Below, piece by piece: positions 40,405 to 49,860 of a stretch of DNA of 64,000 bases (positions within the stretch are counted from its first letter, which is position 1; every line of letters starts with the position of its first letter). The notes under the pieces are model-generated. The model worked only from the letters and a program-made list of their open reading frames with translations. It had not been told where the DNA came from and made no database searches. This DNA is from Candidatus Peregrinibacteria bacterium (lineage in GTDB: Bacteria; Patescibacteriota; Gracilibacteria; UBA1369; LOWO2-01-FULL-3): positions 13,030 through 77,029 of the forward strand of contig JABILX010000003.1 of assembly GCA_018654255.1 (NCBI GenBank), read 5' to 3'. The position numbers and the translations under genes were made by a program.

Positions 40405-41355
40405 TTATGGGAATGAGATTAATTTTTTAACTGCGCGGAGTTTCGCACTCCTAGCTCTAGGGTTCTCAGACACTTCTTGCTCAGACGGCCCAACAGGTTT
40501 CCTTGTGAGCAATTCCACAACCGACTCACCTCTGCACTTACACATAGGAACTTCTTGGGGACAAATACAACTTCGAGCCAAATCCTTAAAGAAATGCTTC
40601 ACGATTCGATCTTCCAACGAGTGATAGGAGATCACAACAATCCTCCCACCAACCTTTAGAACCTCCATCGAACCGTCAAGCGCCTCTTTAAGAGCATTCA
40701 ACTCATCATTCACCTCTATCCTCAATGCCTGAAATATCTTTGTAGCTGGATGATGCTTACTCTTTTGACCCTTCTTCTTACCTCGAGATGACGTCACCGA
40801 CTCGAGAAAATCTGCCAATTCTTTAGTAGACTCAAACTTCTTCGCCATTCTCCTCTCAGAAAGCTTCCGAGAAATCCTCCTCGACGCACGCTCCTCCGCA
40901 TACAAATAGATCACATTAGCCAAGTCCTCTTCTGAATAATGATTCACAACCTCATAAGCAGTTAATTTCTGATCTTTTGAGAATCTCATATCAAGCGGAC
41001 CATCTTTCATAAAGGAAAATCCCCTCTCAGCCTCATCTACATGAGGAGAACTCAATCCAAGATCAAACAAAATCGCATCAACCTGTTCAAATCCTGCTTC
41101 TTGAACCCTAGTTTTTAATGATCGGAAATTATCGTTTATCAGAACTTTATTTTTGTACCTTTTGAGTCTTTTTTCTGCCTCCTCCAGATTTGCCTTATCG
41201 AGATCAAACCCAATCAAAGTCCCCTTTTCTCCTACCAATTCCAACATTCCAGAAGCATGTCCCCCAAGCCCAAGCGTTGCATCCACAACGACTTGCCCAG
41301 CACCCAAATCCAAATACTTATAAACACCTTCTTTTAACACAGATATATGCTCCAT
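40405..41355 (-). CDS. rsmH: 16S rRNA (cytosine1402-N4)-methyltransferase
   Basis: HISVLKEGV...VVDATLGLGGH, FDLGLSSPHVD and VISYHSLEDRIVK motifs. Confidence 0.9.
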   Translation of the reverse strand: MEHISVLKEGVYKYLDLGAGQVVVDATLGLGGHASGMLELVGEKGTLIGFDLDKANLEEAEKRLKRYKNKVLINDNFRSLKTRVQEAGFEQVDAILFDLGLSSPHVDEAERGFSFMKDGPLDMRFSKDQKLTAYEVVNHYSEEDLANVIYLYAEERASRRISRKLSERRMAKKFESTKELADFLESVTSSRGKKKGQKSKHHPATKIFQALRIEVNDELNALKEALDGSMEVLKVGGRIVVISYHSLEDRIVKHFFKDLARSCICPQEVPMCKCRGESVVELLTRKPVGPSEQEVSENPRARSAKLRAVKKLISFP

Positions 41356-41651
41356 TTTTTCGCTTCTATAAGGTCAAGAATCTTTTTTTACCCATTTTAA
41401 TGTTCAAAACTTGTGCACACCCTGTGTATAATTTTTGTACTCTTACCCTTCCTCCCAAAGATAAGGTTAGAAAACCTGTTCGTCAACAATTTCAGCTCAA
41501 AGAACTCAAAACATAGTACTAAATTAGTACTCAGCAACCATAAAAACACCAACTTTCCCTCCTTGAAAAGCCGTTTTCAAATGTTTCACAAAATCATTTG
41601 CCACAATCAACCCAGGTTGTATAACTTTTGTGTGCACCAGCCACTCACCTC

Positions 41652-41697
41652 CCGAACTTAACTACCCCTTTTACTTAAGTCCGAACTTAACTATAAT
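41652..41697 (+). promoter_or_regulatory. 46-bp promoter-like unit with tandem CCGAACTTAACTA boxes, locus 1
   Basis: CCGAACTTAACTA occurs at 41652 and 41681 (29-bp offset). The second box ends in TATAAT (41692-41697), 6 nt before the ATG at 41704. A homologous unit lies at 63848-63893. Confidence 0.45.
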
Positions 41698-41703
41698 CCA
41701 ACC

Positions 41704-42189
41704 ATGCTAGAAAACCTCACCACCCCAGAAATAGCCACATTCTTCACCTCAATGCTCCCAGGACTAGAGCTAAGACTCGGCATACCATTAGGCATAGGAT
41801 TCGGCTTAAGCCCACCCCAAGCATTTATAATAGGAACACTAGGAAACCTAATACCAGCATTTTTCATCCTAAAGCTACTAGATCCAATAGCAAACCTCCT
41901 CAGAAAACACTCCAAGCTAATGGATCGGTTCTTCACATTCCTTTTCGACAAAACCCGCAACAAACATTCAAAGAAGTTCGCAAAATATGGCAAAGCATTC
42001 ATTATAATATTCGTATCAATCCCCCTGCCAGGATCAGGAGCATGGAGCGGAAGCCTGCTGGCATATCTATTTGGGGTAAAATACTGGCAAGCAATACTTC
42101 TAATAAGCCTCGGCGTAATAATCGCAGGAATACTGGTCACAGCAGGGTTCGGATCGATACACGCGATATTTACATACCTTGTCGCATAA
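41704..42189 (+). CDS. small multidrug-export-like membrane protein (COG2426-type)
   Basis: Four-TM protein with LELRLGIPLGI and PLPGSGAWSGSLLAYLFG blocks. Confidence 0.55.
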   Translation: MLENLTTPEIATFFTSMLPGLELRLGIPLGIGFGLSPPQAFIIGTLGNLIPAFFILKLLDPIANLLRKHSKLMDRFFTFLFDKTRNKHSKKFAKYGKAFIIIFVSIPLPGSGAWSGSLLAYLFGVKYWQAILLISLGVIIAGILVTAGFGSIHAIFTYLVA

Positions 42190-42526
42190 GCAACTCATCA
42201 ATTTCCAAAACAACCTTTCTCCCATTCACAACAATCTCCATACCTAGAATCCTCGCTACAACCTGAGCAACAAGTTCTTGATTATTAGCAATATCAACAA
42301 AAAAACGATCTCCCCTAGGATCCTCCGTTCTAGTCATACACGGAAACAAACCTGCCTCAAAAAGATAATTACGTACTTGCCCCCTAATGTAATCCCCAGA
42401 AACAACATCGGCTCTACCCGGAGCATCCTTATCAATTACATCAACAGGGATACTTGCAAAAGCTCTTTCAGGAGGAGCAGCCCCTGGTTTTGCTATAACA
42501 AGTGACCGAGGTCTATCTATACTCAT
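42170..42526 (-). CDS. hypothetical protein
   Basis: 118-aa ORF with no motif recognised. It overlaps the previous gene's 3' end convergently by 20 nt. Confidence 0.4.
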   Translation of the reverse strand: MSIDRPRSLVIAKPGAAPPERAFASIPVDVIDKDAPGRADVVSGDYIRGQVRNYLFEAGLFPCMTRTEDPRGDRFFVDIANNQELVAQVVARILGMEIVVNGRKVVLEIDELLMRQGM

Positions 42527-42589
42527 AATTTTTTAAATTAAAAATAGGAGGAACTTATAACACACCTCGATTCCACAGTCAACCAACCC

Positions 42590-43210
42590 CTACCTCATCA
42601 TCCCTCCCATTTCACTTCCATCACCACGAACAAAGACAGTAGTATCACCCACAATCTTCACTATAGTAGAAGGTGGATTCTCTGGAATCTTGCCACTATC
42701 AACAACGAAACCAAGATTTCCATACCTACGAACCCCAAACTGTTTCTTCAAATCAGGAACACTATAACAAGCTGGTTTCCCAGAAAGATTTGCAGAAGTT
42801 GTGACGATTGGCCTCCCAAGCATCCTGACCATCTTCATAGTAAAAGGATCACTACTGTACCTAATAGAAATAAACTGGTGACCAGGATTAAAAAATTCAG
42901 GAAGACCTCCTTGTCTCCTCATAACTATAATTGAAACTGGACCTGGCCAAAACTTCTCGACAATACTTTCCGCATAATCACTAAACAGACCATATTTGTC
43001 CGCCATATCGAGAGAAGACACTAATATACTCAAAGGCTTCTCATTCTCCATCTTTTTCATACCATATAACGCTTTCAGCCCCTCCTCATTTGTCGGATCC
43101 ACTGCTAAACCATAACATGTCTCGGTAGGATGCAAGACAATTTTCCCCTCCTGGAGAGCTTCTACCGCCTTCTTTAGAACATCATCCATATTTTTTGCAT
43201 TCATACGCAT
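42590..43210 (-). CDS. tsaC: L-threonylcarbamoyladenylate synthase (YrdC/TsaC domain)
   Basis: HPTETCYGLAVD and TTSANLSGKP motifs. Confidence 0.85.
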   Translation of the reverse strand: MRMNAKNMDDVLKKAVEALQEGKIVLHPTETCYGLAVDPTNEEGLKALYGMKKMENEKPLSILVSSLDMADKYGLFSDYAESIVEKFWPGPVSIIVMRRQGGLPEFFNPGHQFISIRYSSDPFTMKMVRMLGRPIVTTSANLSGKPACYSVPDLKKQFGVRRYGNLGFVVDSGKIPENPPSTIVKIVGDTTVFVRGDGSEMGGMMR

Positions 43211-43321
43211 AACAAAATGGTTAGTCTTGATTATTGGCCGAGCCCAATTATACTAATGACGAAGCTAAAGTCAAATCCAAGGCCTTTGAAATAGGGCCTT
43301 TATATATTAACCATTACTACT

Positions 43322-44332
43322 ATGAAACCAAAAATTGCTATCAACGGATTCGGAAGAATAGGTCGTGCTTGTTTTCGCATTTTAATGGATGATTTCGCAG
43401 ATGATTTTGAGTTAGTAGCCGTAAACGACCCTGCAGACAAAGAAGCTCTTTGTCATTTATTAAAGTATGATTCAAATTTTGGAACCTGGAGCAAAACTCC
43501 ATCTTGCTCTGCAAACGGAGTAGAAGTTGAGGGTAAAATGGTGAATTTCTCCTCAGACCGCGATCCTGAAAATCTGCCTTGGACAGACCTAGGAGTAGAC
43601 ATCGTATTAGAATGCACAGGCGTATTCCGAGACAGAGAAGGTGCAGGAAAACACATCAAAGCCGGAGCAAAAAAAGTAATAATTTCAGCTCCAGGAAAAG
43701 ACGTCGACTTCACAGTAGTCCGAGGAGTAAATTGCGGACAACTCAAACCTGAACACAACATCATTTCAAACGCTTCTTGTACAACAAACTGCTTGGCTCC
43801 ATTCACACGCGTATTGCACGAAAAATTCGGATTAAAAAGAGGTTTGATGACAACAATTCACGCATACACAAATGATCAAAGAATCCTAGACGTCAGCCAC
43901 AAAGACCTACGCCGAGCCCGAGCAGCAGCAGTCTCAATGATCCCAACTTCAACAGGAGCTGCCAAAGCAATGGGAATCGTAATGCCAGAACTAGAAGGAA
44001 AATTGAACGGACTTTCTGTCCGCGTACCAACCCCAACAGTTTCATTGGTTGACTTGGTAGCTGAAGTAGAAAAAGGAACATCAGTCGAAGAAGTAAACGC
44101 TGCGATGCGCGAATATTCAGAAGGAGAAATGAAAGGTATTCTCGGATACAACGAATTGCCCCTCGTCTCAATCGACTACATCTGCAACCCCCTATCTTCA
44201 ATCGTAGACGGCCTCTCAACTCAAGTCATCGACGGCACTCTCATAAAAGTACTTTCTTGGTACGACAACGAATGGGCATACTCAGTCAGAACAGTTGAAT
44301 TGGCAAAGATGATGGGAGCGATGATGGGCTAG
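43322..44332 (+). CDS. gap: glyceraldehyde-3-phosphate dehydrogenase
   Basis: INGFGRIGR, the SNASCTTNCLAP catalytic cysteine block, and WYDNEWAYS. Confidence 0.93.
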   Translation: MKPKIAINGFGRIGRACFRILMDDFADDFELVAVNDPADKEALCHLLKYDSNFGTWSKTPSCSANGVEVEGKMVNFSSDRDPENLPWTDLGVDIVLECTGVFRDREGAGKHIKAGAKKVIISAPGKDVDFTVVRGVNCGQLKPEHNIISNASCTTNCLAPFTRVLHEKFGLKRGLMTTIHAYTNDQRILDVSHKDLRRARAAAVSMIPTSTGAAKAMGIVMPELEGKLNGLSVRVPTPTVSLVDLVAEVEKGTSVEEVNAAMREYSEGEMKGILGYNELPLVSIDYICNPLSSIVDGLSTQVIDGTLIKVLSWYDNEWAYSVRTVELAKMMGAMMG

Positions 44333-44333
44333 T

Positions 44334-44462
44334 GGCGAGAAATGCGATCCGAAGAGAAGGCAAACTCGCATGTTTGCCGTAGCGAAGGAGAAAAAGCGAT
44401 GAAAAATCCGCTCCAAGCAGTGGAAGGATCTTTTAAAGCTTTTTCAGCATTTCCCCACTGAA
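44334..44462 (+). ncRNA. structured repeat, family B, copy 2
   Basis: It starts 2 nt after the gap stop codon and has the same skeleton as 16005-16132. The variable hairpin here is GGCAAAC/GTTTGCC, and the inner helix is ATCC/GGAT where copy 1 has ATCT/AGAT. Confidence 0.45.
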
Positions 44463-44480
44463 AAAAACCTACCCCACCCC

Positions 44481-44522
44481 TTGCCAAACCACCAGTTAGC
44501 ACTATATAATCCCTAGTGCTAA
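44481..44522 (+). promoter_or_regulatory. hrcA promoter with CIRCE operator
   Basis: TTGCCA (44481) and TATAAT (44505). CIRCE is TTAGCACTA-N9-TAGTGCTAA at 44496-44522, against the consensus TTAGCACTC-N9-GAGTGCTAA. Confidence 0.8.
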
Positions 44523-44559
44523 ATTTCGGCCGTCAAAAACGACCACAAACCTGCAAACA

Positions 44560-45279
44560 ATGACCAACGAACGCAAACAACAAGTCCTAAAAGCAATCAT
44601 AAAACACTTCATCGATACAGCGGAACCAGTCGGTTCTAATACAATCATCGTGAATTACAATTTCCACGTATCCCCTGCAACAATCCGAAACGACATGGCA
44701 ACTCTGGAGAACGATGGCTTCATTTACCAACCACACACCTCCGCCGGCCGCATCCCAACAACAAAAGGATACCGAGAATATGTAGAAAAAATCGCAGACA
44801 TCGAAAAAGCAAAGAAGGAAGCTACAAAAGTCATCAAAGAGTTATCAGAAGAATACAAGACCCAAAAGGCCAAAGAATACGTCTATGACGCCGTTCAGCT
44901 CCTTTCTAGAGCAACTGCCACAGCTAGCTTCGCAACAGTCCCAGACAGCAACAGAACGTTCTATCTTGGCTTGTCTAACGTACTCAAACAACCAGAATTC
45001 ACCCAAAACACAATCCACGCCAGCCAGGTAATCGAAATGTTTGAGCATGGCGACAATTTCATCACAACCTTAAAATCTCTAAACGTAGAAGACGAAACAA
45101 AAGCATTCATCGGAGAAGAGAACATTCTCGAACAAATCCAATCTTGCGGAATGGTCGTCACAAAATACAACATCAACGGATTCAAAGGATTCCTCGGAGT
45201 CCTCGGCCCCACCCGCATGCACTACCCTTTCAACATAGCGATGGTAGAACAAATCAAAACCCTACTAGAAAATAACTAA
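44560..45279 (+). CDS. hrcA: heat-inducible transcription repressor HrcA (short form)
   Basis: The N-terminal w[29 protein letters not shown] is typical HrcA. It is followed by grpE and preceded by CIRCE. At 239 aa it is shorter than typical HrcA. Confidence 0.8.
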   Translation: MTNERKQQVLKAIIKHFIDTAEPVGSNTIIVNYNFHVSPATIRNDMATLENDGFIYQPHTSAGRIPTTKGYREYVEKIADIEKAKKEATKVIKELSEEYKTQKAKEYVYDAVQLLSRATATASFATVPDSNRTFYLGLSNVLKQPEFTQNTIHASQVIEMFEHGDNFITTLKSLNVEDETKAFIGEENILEQIQSCGMVVTKYNINGFKGFLGVLGPTRMHYPFNIAMVEQIKTLLENN

Positions 45280-45289
45280 AATCCAAACT

Positions 45290-45805
45290 ATGACTAAAGA
45301 TAAAAGTAAATCTTCCGCAAATCCACCTGCCCAAAACGACACCGAACTCCTGAAACTAAAACTCAAAGACGCAGAACAAAAACTCGAACAAATGACCGAA
45401 CTCGGCCGCCGTGCCATCGCTGACATGGAAAACATGAAACGCCGAGTGGAAGAAGACCGCTCAAGAATGGCCCTTTTCGCAAACATAGAACTGGTACGAG
45501 CAATTCTACCTGTTGTCGATAATTTCAAAAGAGCCCAAGCCCACACACCAGAAGACCTATCTGACACAGCAAAAGAATGGCTCCAAGGAGTAACTCAAAC
45601 ATTAAACCAACTCACTCAAGCCTTGGAACAAGCAGGTGTCAAAGAAATCGAAGCCCTAGGCCAACAATTCGACCCAAATCGTCACGAGGCAATAGTCCAA
45701 GACAAAGGCCCTCAAAACCAAGTCCTAGAAGTCCTAGAACCCGGATACAAAATTGGCGACCAAGTAATCAGACCAGCGAAAGTTAAGGTTGGGATGGGAG
45801 AGTAG
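45290..45805 (+). CDS. grpE: nucleotide exchange factor GrpE
   Basis: RAIADMENMKRRVEEDR, VVDNFKRA and FDPNRHEA blocks. Confidence 0.88.
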   Translation: MTKDKSKSSANPPAQNDTELLKLKLKDAEQKLEQMTELGRRAIADMENMKRRVEEDRSRMALFANIELVRAILPVVDNFKRAQAHTPEDLSDTAKEWLQGVTQTLNQLTQALEQAGVKEIEALGQQFDPNRHEAIVQDKGPQNQVLEVLEPGYKIGDQVIRPAKVKVGMGE

Positions 45806-45850
45806 CAATCACCCCCCATCCAAACTAATCAAAATTAACACAAGAATGAC

Positions 45851-46102
45851 ATGGAGAAACCCAGCAAGGGAGAAGGAGTAGAATTAGCAACAATATTCGT
45901 ATTATCAGCCATAATCTTAGCAGCCTCAGGAGCTGTAAAACTCGAGCTAGCAAAAAGATACCACTCCAAACATCAACCCACTAAAGAATCAGAAGCAATA
46001 TCGGCACCAGCCCCTGCCGAAGCAACAAAGCCACAAATGGGATTGTGGGAACAAATAGTAGAAAAAACTAGAAAGGCATTGAGCCAAGAAATACTTCCTT
46101 AA
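45851..46102 (+). CDS. hypothetical small membrane protein
   Basis: 83 aa with one TM (LATIFVLSAIILAASGAV). Confidence 0.35.
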   Translation: MEKPSKGEGVELATIFVLSAIILAASGAVKLELAKRYHSKHQPTKESEAISAPAPAEATKPQMGLWEQIVEKTRKALSQEILP

Positions 46103-46114
46103 AACATAAACGAG

Positions 46115-46561
46115 ATGGAAACCGAACAACCCTTATCACAACAATTAGAGAAGTTACTCACAGGAATAGAATCAACTGACAGCGAAACTGAAGAAACTCC
46201 AGATAAAGACGAAAGAATAAAAACCACATTAGAAGACAACGCAGATTTAATAAAAGACGTATACAAAAACAAACCATTCACAAAAAAAGAAATAGAAATG
46301 CTAACAATCCTTTGCGAACTTGGTGAATCATACGGATTAGACATAATAGAAACATCTGGAGGAAAATTCAAAAGAGGAACAATCTATGTTCACCTTTCAA
46401 AAATGGAAGAAAAAGGTTTGGTAACAGGAGACAAAGAAGAATCTTCAGAGGTTGGCCCACGCAGAAGAAAATTCAAAATAACAGAAGAAACACGAGAGAG
46501 ATTCCAAACATGGTTAAAACTACTCAAAATATTGGACTTAGCAGTACTCAAAACAGATTAA
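46115..46561 (+). CDS. PadR-like winged-helix protein
   Basis: The C-terminal half ILCELGESYGLDIIETSGGKFKRGTIYVHLSKMEEKGLV resembles PadR/wHTH. The N-terminal half is acidic. Confidence 0.45.
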   Translation: METEQPLSQQLEKLLTGIESTDSETEETPDKDERIKTTLEDNADLIKDVYKNKPFTKKEIEMLTILCELGESYGLDIIETSGGKFKRGTIYVHLSKMEEKGLVTGDKEESSEVGPRRRKFKITEETRERFQTWLKLLKILDLAVLKTD

Positions 46562-46570
46562 AAACTTCCC

Positions 46571-46611
46571 TTGACCCCTTCAAACTAGCACTCTATAATA
46601 CAGAGCGCTAA
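46571..46611 (+). promoter_or_regulatory. dnaK promoter with second CIRCE operator
   Basis: TTGACC (46571), a 17-nt spacer, then TATAAT (46594). CIRCE-like CTAGCACTC-N9-GAGCGCTAA lies at 46585-46611. Confidence 0.7.
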
Positions 46612-46650
46612 TTCACTTTAGCAACTAACACAAACTTAACAAAAATAATT

Positions 46651-48615
46651 ATGGCAAAAATCATAGGAATAGATCTAGGAACAACCAACTCATGCGTCGC
46701 TGTCATGGAAGGTGGTGAACCAACTGTAATCGCAAATTCAGAAGGCGCACGCACCACTCCATCAGTTGTCGCTATCAAAGACGGTGAACGACTAGTAGGA
46801 ATCACTGCAAAACGTCAAGCCGTCACAAATACAGACAACACTATTTATTCAGCAAAACGATTCATCGGACGACAATTTTCCGAAGCAAAAAAAGACATTG
46901 AACAAGTTGCATTTGGATGCAAAGAAGGAAAAGGAGGAGAAGTAGAGATGATTCTAGAAGGCAAACAAAAACGTCCTGCTGAAATCGCAGCAATGGTTCT
47001 TCAAAAACTCAAAACAGACGCTGAAAGCTACCTCGGTGAAAAAGTCACAGAGGCAGTAATCACAGTCCCTGCATACTTCAACGATTCACAAAGACAAGCA
47101 ACAAAAGACGCCGGAAAAATCGCCGGACTTGAAGTCAAAAGAATCATAAACGAACCAACAGCAGCGGCTCTCGCATACGGAGTCGACAAAAAAGGCGGTG
47201 ACAAAACAGTCGCAGTCTACGACCTCGGTGGAGGAACTTTCGATATCTCAATCCTTGACCTTGGAGAAGGAGTTTTCAAGGTTTTATCAACAAACGGAAA
47301 CACCCAACTCGGAGGTGACGATTTCGACCGAAAGATCATGGAATATTTAGTCGCTGAATTCAAAAAAGATCAAGGCGTAGATTTGAGCAAAGACAAAACT
47401 GCAGTTCAACGTCTGCTCGAAGCTTCAGAAAAAGCAAAAGCTGAACTCTCATCAACACACGAGACAACGATCAGCCTACCATTCATCACATCAGACTCAG
47501 ACGGAGGTCCAAAACACTTCGAAATGAAACTCACACGAAGCAAACTCGAAGACCTAGTAGCAGACCTAATAGAAGCAACTGTCGAACCATGTCAGAAAGC
47601 AATGGACGACGCAAAAACATACGCATCAGACATCGATGAGATCATCCTAGTCGGAGGATCAACTCGTATGCCAGCTGTTCAAAAGAAAGTCGAAGAGATC
47701 TTCGGAAAAGAACCACACAGAGGACTCAACCCAGACGAAGTAGTAGCGATGGGAGCCGCTCTCCAAGGCGGAATTCTCCAAGGCGACAGCAACGTAAAAG
47801 ACATTCTGCTCGTAGACGTCACTCCCCTATCACTCGGTATCGAAACTCTCGGCGGAGTAAACACAGTCCTGATAGAACGAAATACCGCAATCCCAACATC
47901 AAAATCACAAATTTTCTCAACAGCTGCCGACAACCAACCAGGCGTAGAAGTCCACGTCCTACAAGGTGAACGCCCAATGGCCATCGACAACAAATCCCTC
48001 GGGAAATTCATGTTGGACGGAATTCCACCAGCACCTCGCGGAGTACCACAGGTCGAAGTAACTTTTGAGATCGATTCAAACGGAATCTTGAACGTCAAAG
48101 CCCAAGACAAAGCAACTAGCAAAGAACAACACATCACAATCACAGGAAGCTCAAACCTTTCTGACGAAGACATCGAAAGAATGAAAAAAGAAGCTGAAGC
48201 ACACGCTGACGAAGACAAGAAAAAGAAAGGAGAAATCGAAACTCGCAACAAAGCCGACTCATTAGTAGTACAAGCAGAACGCACATTAAAAGATGCCGGG
48301 GACAAAGTCTCAGACGACATCAAAAAACCTGTTGAAGAAAAGATTGAGACTCTCAAAAAGACACTCGAAAACAAGGACGCAAAACCTGAAGACATCGAAA
48401 AAGACTATGAAGCTCTCTCTGAAGAAATTCAAAAAGTAGGAGCAGAAATGTATAAAGGTGCTCAAGAAGCAGGCAGCGGAAAAACCGACGCCCCAGCCGA
48501 AGACGACGACGTAAAAGTTTACCAAAAAGGTGAAAAACCTGAGGAAAAAAAGAAAGAAAACGAAGTCGAAGGAGAGGTAGTTAAAGAGGAGGAGAAAGAG
48601 AAAAAGAACAAATAG
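46651..48615 (+). CDS. dnaK: chaperone DnaK (Hsp70)
   Basis: [23 protein letters not shown] and [11 protein letters not shown] motifs. Confidence 0.97.
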   Translation: MAKIIGIDLGTTNSCVAVMEGGEPTVIANSEGARTTPSVVAIKDGERLVGITAKRQAVTNTDNTIYSAKRFIGRQFSEAKKDIEQVAFGCKEGKGGEVEMILEGKQKRPAEIAAMVLQKLKTDAESYLGEKVTEAVITVPAYFNDSQRQATKDAGKIAGLEVKRIINEPTAAALAYGVDKKGGDKTVAVYDLGGGTFDISILDLGEGVFKVLSTNGNTQLGGDDFDRKIMEYLVAEFKKDQGVDLSKDKTAVQRLLEASEKAKAELSSTHETTISLPFITSDSDGGPKHFEMKLTRSKLEDLVADLIEATVEPCQKAMDDAKTYASDIDEIILVGGSTRMPAVQKKVEEIFGKEPHRGLNPDEVVAMGAALQGGILQGDSNVKDILLVDVTPLSLGIETLGGVNTVLIERNTAIPTSKSQIFSTAADNQPGVEVHVLQGERPMAIDNKSLGKFMLDGIPPAPRGVPQVEVTFEIDSNGILNVKAQDKATSKEQHITITGSSNLSDEDIERMKKEAEAHADEDKKKKGEIETRNKADSLVVQAERTLKDAGDKVSDDIKKPVEEKIETLKKTLENKDAKPEDIEKDYEALSEEIQKVGAEMYKGAQEAGSGKTDAPAEDDDVKVYQKGEKPEEKKKENEVEGEVVKEEEKEKKNK

Positions 48616-48755
48616 AACAACGAAATCACAAACAAAGCTTGACTATTTTTTAAATCACTGTACGGTACGAAAGTCCATTAGGGATATCTAGGAGTTAGAA
48701 ATTAAATTCCATTAGACATCACTTAACGGAATTTTATTTCTTAACCTTTTATACA

Positions 48756-48953
48756 ATGGAAGGTATCATCAAAAAGCTGAACGAAAAAGGCTTTGGATTC
48801 ATCACTCCGGACGGAGAGGATAAGGACGTTTTCTTTCACAGAAACGACCTTGTAGACGCTGAATTCGACAACCTGAACGAGGGTGACAGAGTCACTTTTG
48901 AAAAGGAGGATTCTGAAAAGGGTCCAAAAGCAGTAGGAGTTACACTCGTTTAA
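48756..48953 (+). CDS. cspA: cold-shock protein (CspA family)
   Basis: KGFGFI (RNP1) and VFFH (RNP2) in a 65-aa protein with a ~100-nt leader. Confidence 0.9.
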   Translation: MEGIIKKLNEKGFGFITPDGEDKDVFFHRNDLVDAEFDNLNEGDRVTFEKEDSEKGPKAVGVTLV

Positions 48954-48978
48954 TTACAGAGCAGTAATAGAATACAAA

Positions 48979-49018
48979 AGGTCATTTGAATACTAGTTAT
49001 TTAAATGGCCTTTTTTTT
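48979..49018 (+). terminator. intrinsic terminator of cspA
   Basis: AGGTCATTTGAAT-actagtt-ATTTAAATGGCCT forms a 13-bp stem with two G-T pairs, followed by T8. Confidence 0.75.
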
Positions 49019-49022
49019 GACA

Positions 49023-49169
49023 AAAAAATACCCTCATGAGAGATTAGAGGAATACAACGAACTTGAAAGACAAGCAAGAGACAACGGGGTCGGTTTATGG
49101 GCCGAAGGTGTATGTGACGACTTCTCACCACCACCAAAACCTCAACGGTCTCAACACCAGAAGAAATAA
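49023..49169 (+). pseudogene. orphan 3' fragment of a thermonuclease gene
   Basis: In frame it reads KKYPHERLEEYNELERQARDNGVGLWAEGVCDDFSPPPKP...*. Over 119 nt it is 104/119 identical to 59764-59882, the 3' end of the intact nuclease gene. There is no upstream coding part. Confidence 0.8.
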
Positions 49170-49274
49170 GTGCAACAATCGGAGGAAAACACTAAAAGAC
49201 CACAACTTCAGCGAAATCATAAACCGCTCAAAAATAGGATACGAGATCGTGCTAACAGAAAGAGCGCCACAAGA

Positions 49275-49610
49275 CTAAGCCTTCAACGCAACATCCCGCA
49301 AAAAACTCGACACTGAAGAATAACCCAACCGAGCCGCCTTTTTCTCAATCGCCTTCTTTTCCTCAACCGCAAGCCTAAACCTAATAATCTCTTTTGTTTT
49401 TTTCTGATAATTCTTCTCAGCTATGATTAACTCTGGCAAATCAATCAACAAGGCCGGAATATCCTCAGCCAAAAACGGTTGAGATATAGCAGCGGCTGGA
49501 CACTCGAAATAGACAACATCCTCCCCCTCATCCTTGTACGAAGAACTAATCGAATAAGGATATTTCTTATTATTAAAAGTTATTAAATGTTTCGTCTTTT
49601 TCTTATTCAT
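49275..49610 (-). CDS. antitoxin-like protein with C-terminal ribbon-helix-helix
   Basis: The C-terminus RFRLAVEEKKAIEKKAARLGYSSVSSFLRDVALKA is CopG/RHH-like. It lies immediately downstream of the hicA-like gene. Confidence 0.55.
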   Translation of the reverse strand: MNKKKTKHLITFNNKKYPYSISSSYKDEGEDVVYFECPAAAISQPFLAEDIPALLIDLPELIIAEKNYQKKTKEIIRFRLAVEEKKAIEKKAARLGYSSVSSFLRDVALKA

Positions 49611-49622
49611 AGAAATTCATTT

Positions 49623-49805
49623 TTAATAATTTTGAACGGGAATCGAGACCTCAACGTTACGAAACATATGCTTGAACTTCACATGACTCCCCTTCGCCTC
49701 TACCCTTTCAAACCCAAACCACATCAATATCCGACAAACCTCCCAAACCTTAAGACTCCCCGGATTCTCCAAAAACTTCTTTATCAACTTTTCTTTTCGA
49801 CTCAA
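49623..49805 (-). CDS. hicA: HicA-family toxin (mRNA interferase)
   Basis: 60 aa with a HicA-like pattern in FGFERVEAKGSHVKFKH. Confidence 0.7.
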   Translation of the reverse strand: MSRKEKLIKKFLENPGSLKVWEVCRILMWFGFERVEAKGSHVKFKHMFRNVEVSIPVQNY

Positions 49806-49860
49806 ACACTTGTGGTTACATTATATAAAAATATAGCTACAAAGTCAACCCAAACACAAC

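Noticed and set aside
41356-41651. mraZ gene or a small RNA upstream of rsmH
   Set aside because: No minus-strand ORF of sufficient length is present. A TATAAT at about 41425 and several short hairpins exist. I could not define a convincing RNA structure or terminator.
49063-49278. 71-aa ORF over the nuclease remnant
   Set aside because: It is an out-of-frame reading of the orphan nuclease 3' fragment. The in-frame reading matches the intact nuclease C-terminus.
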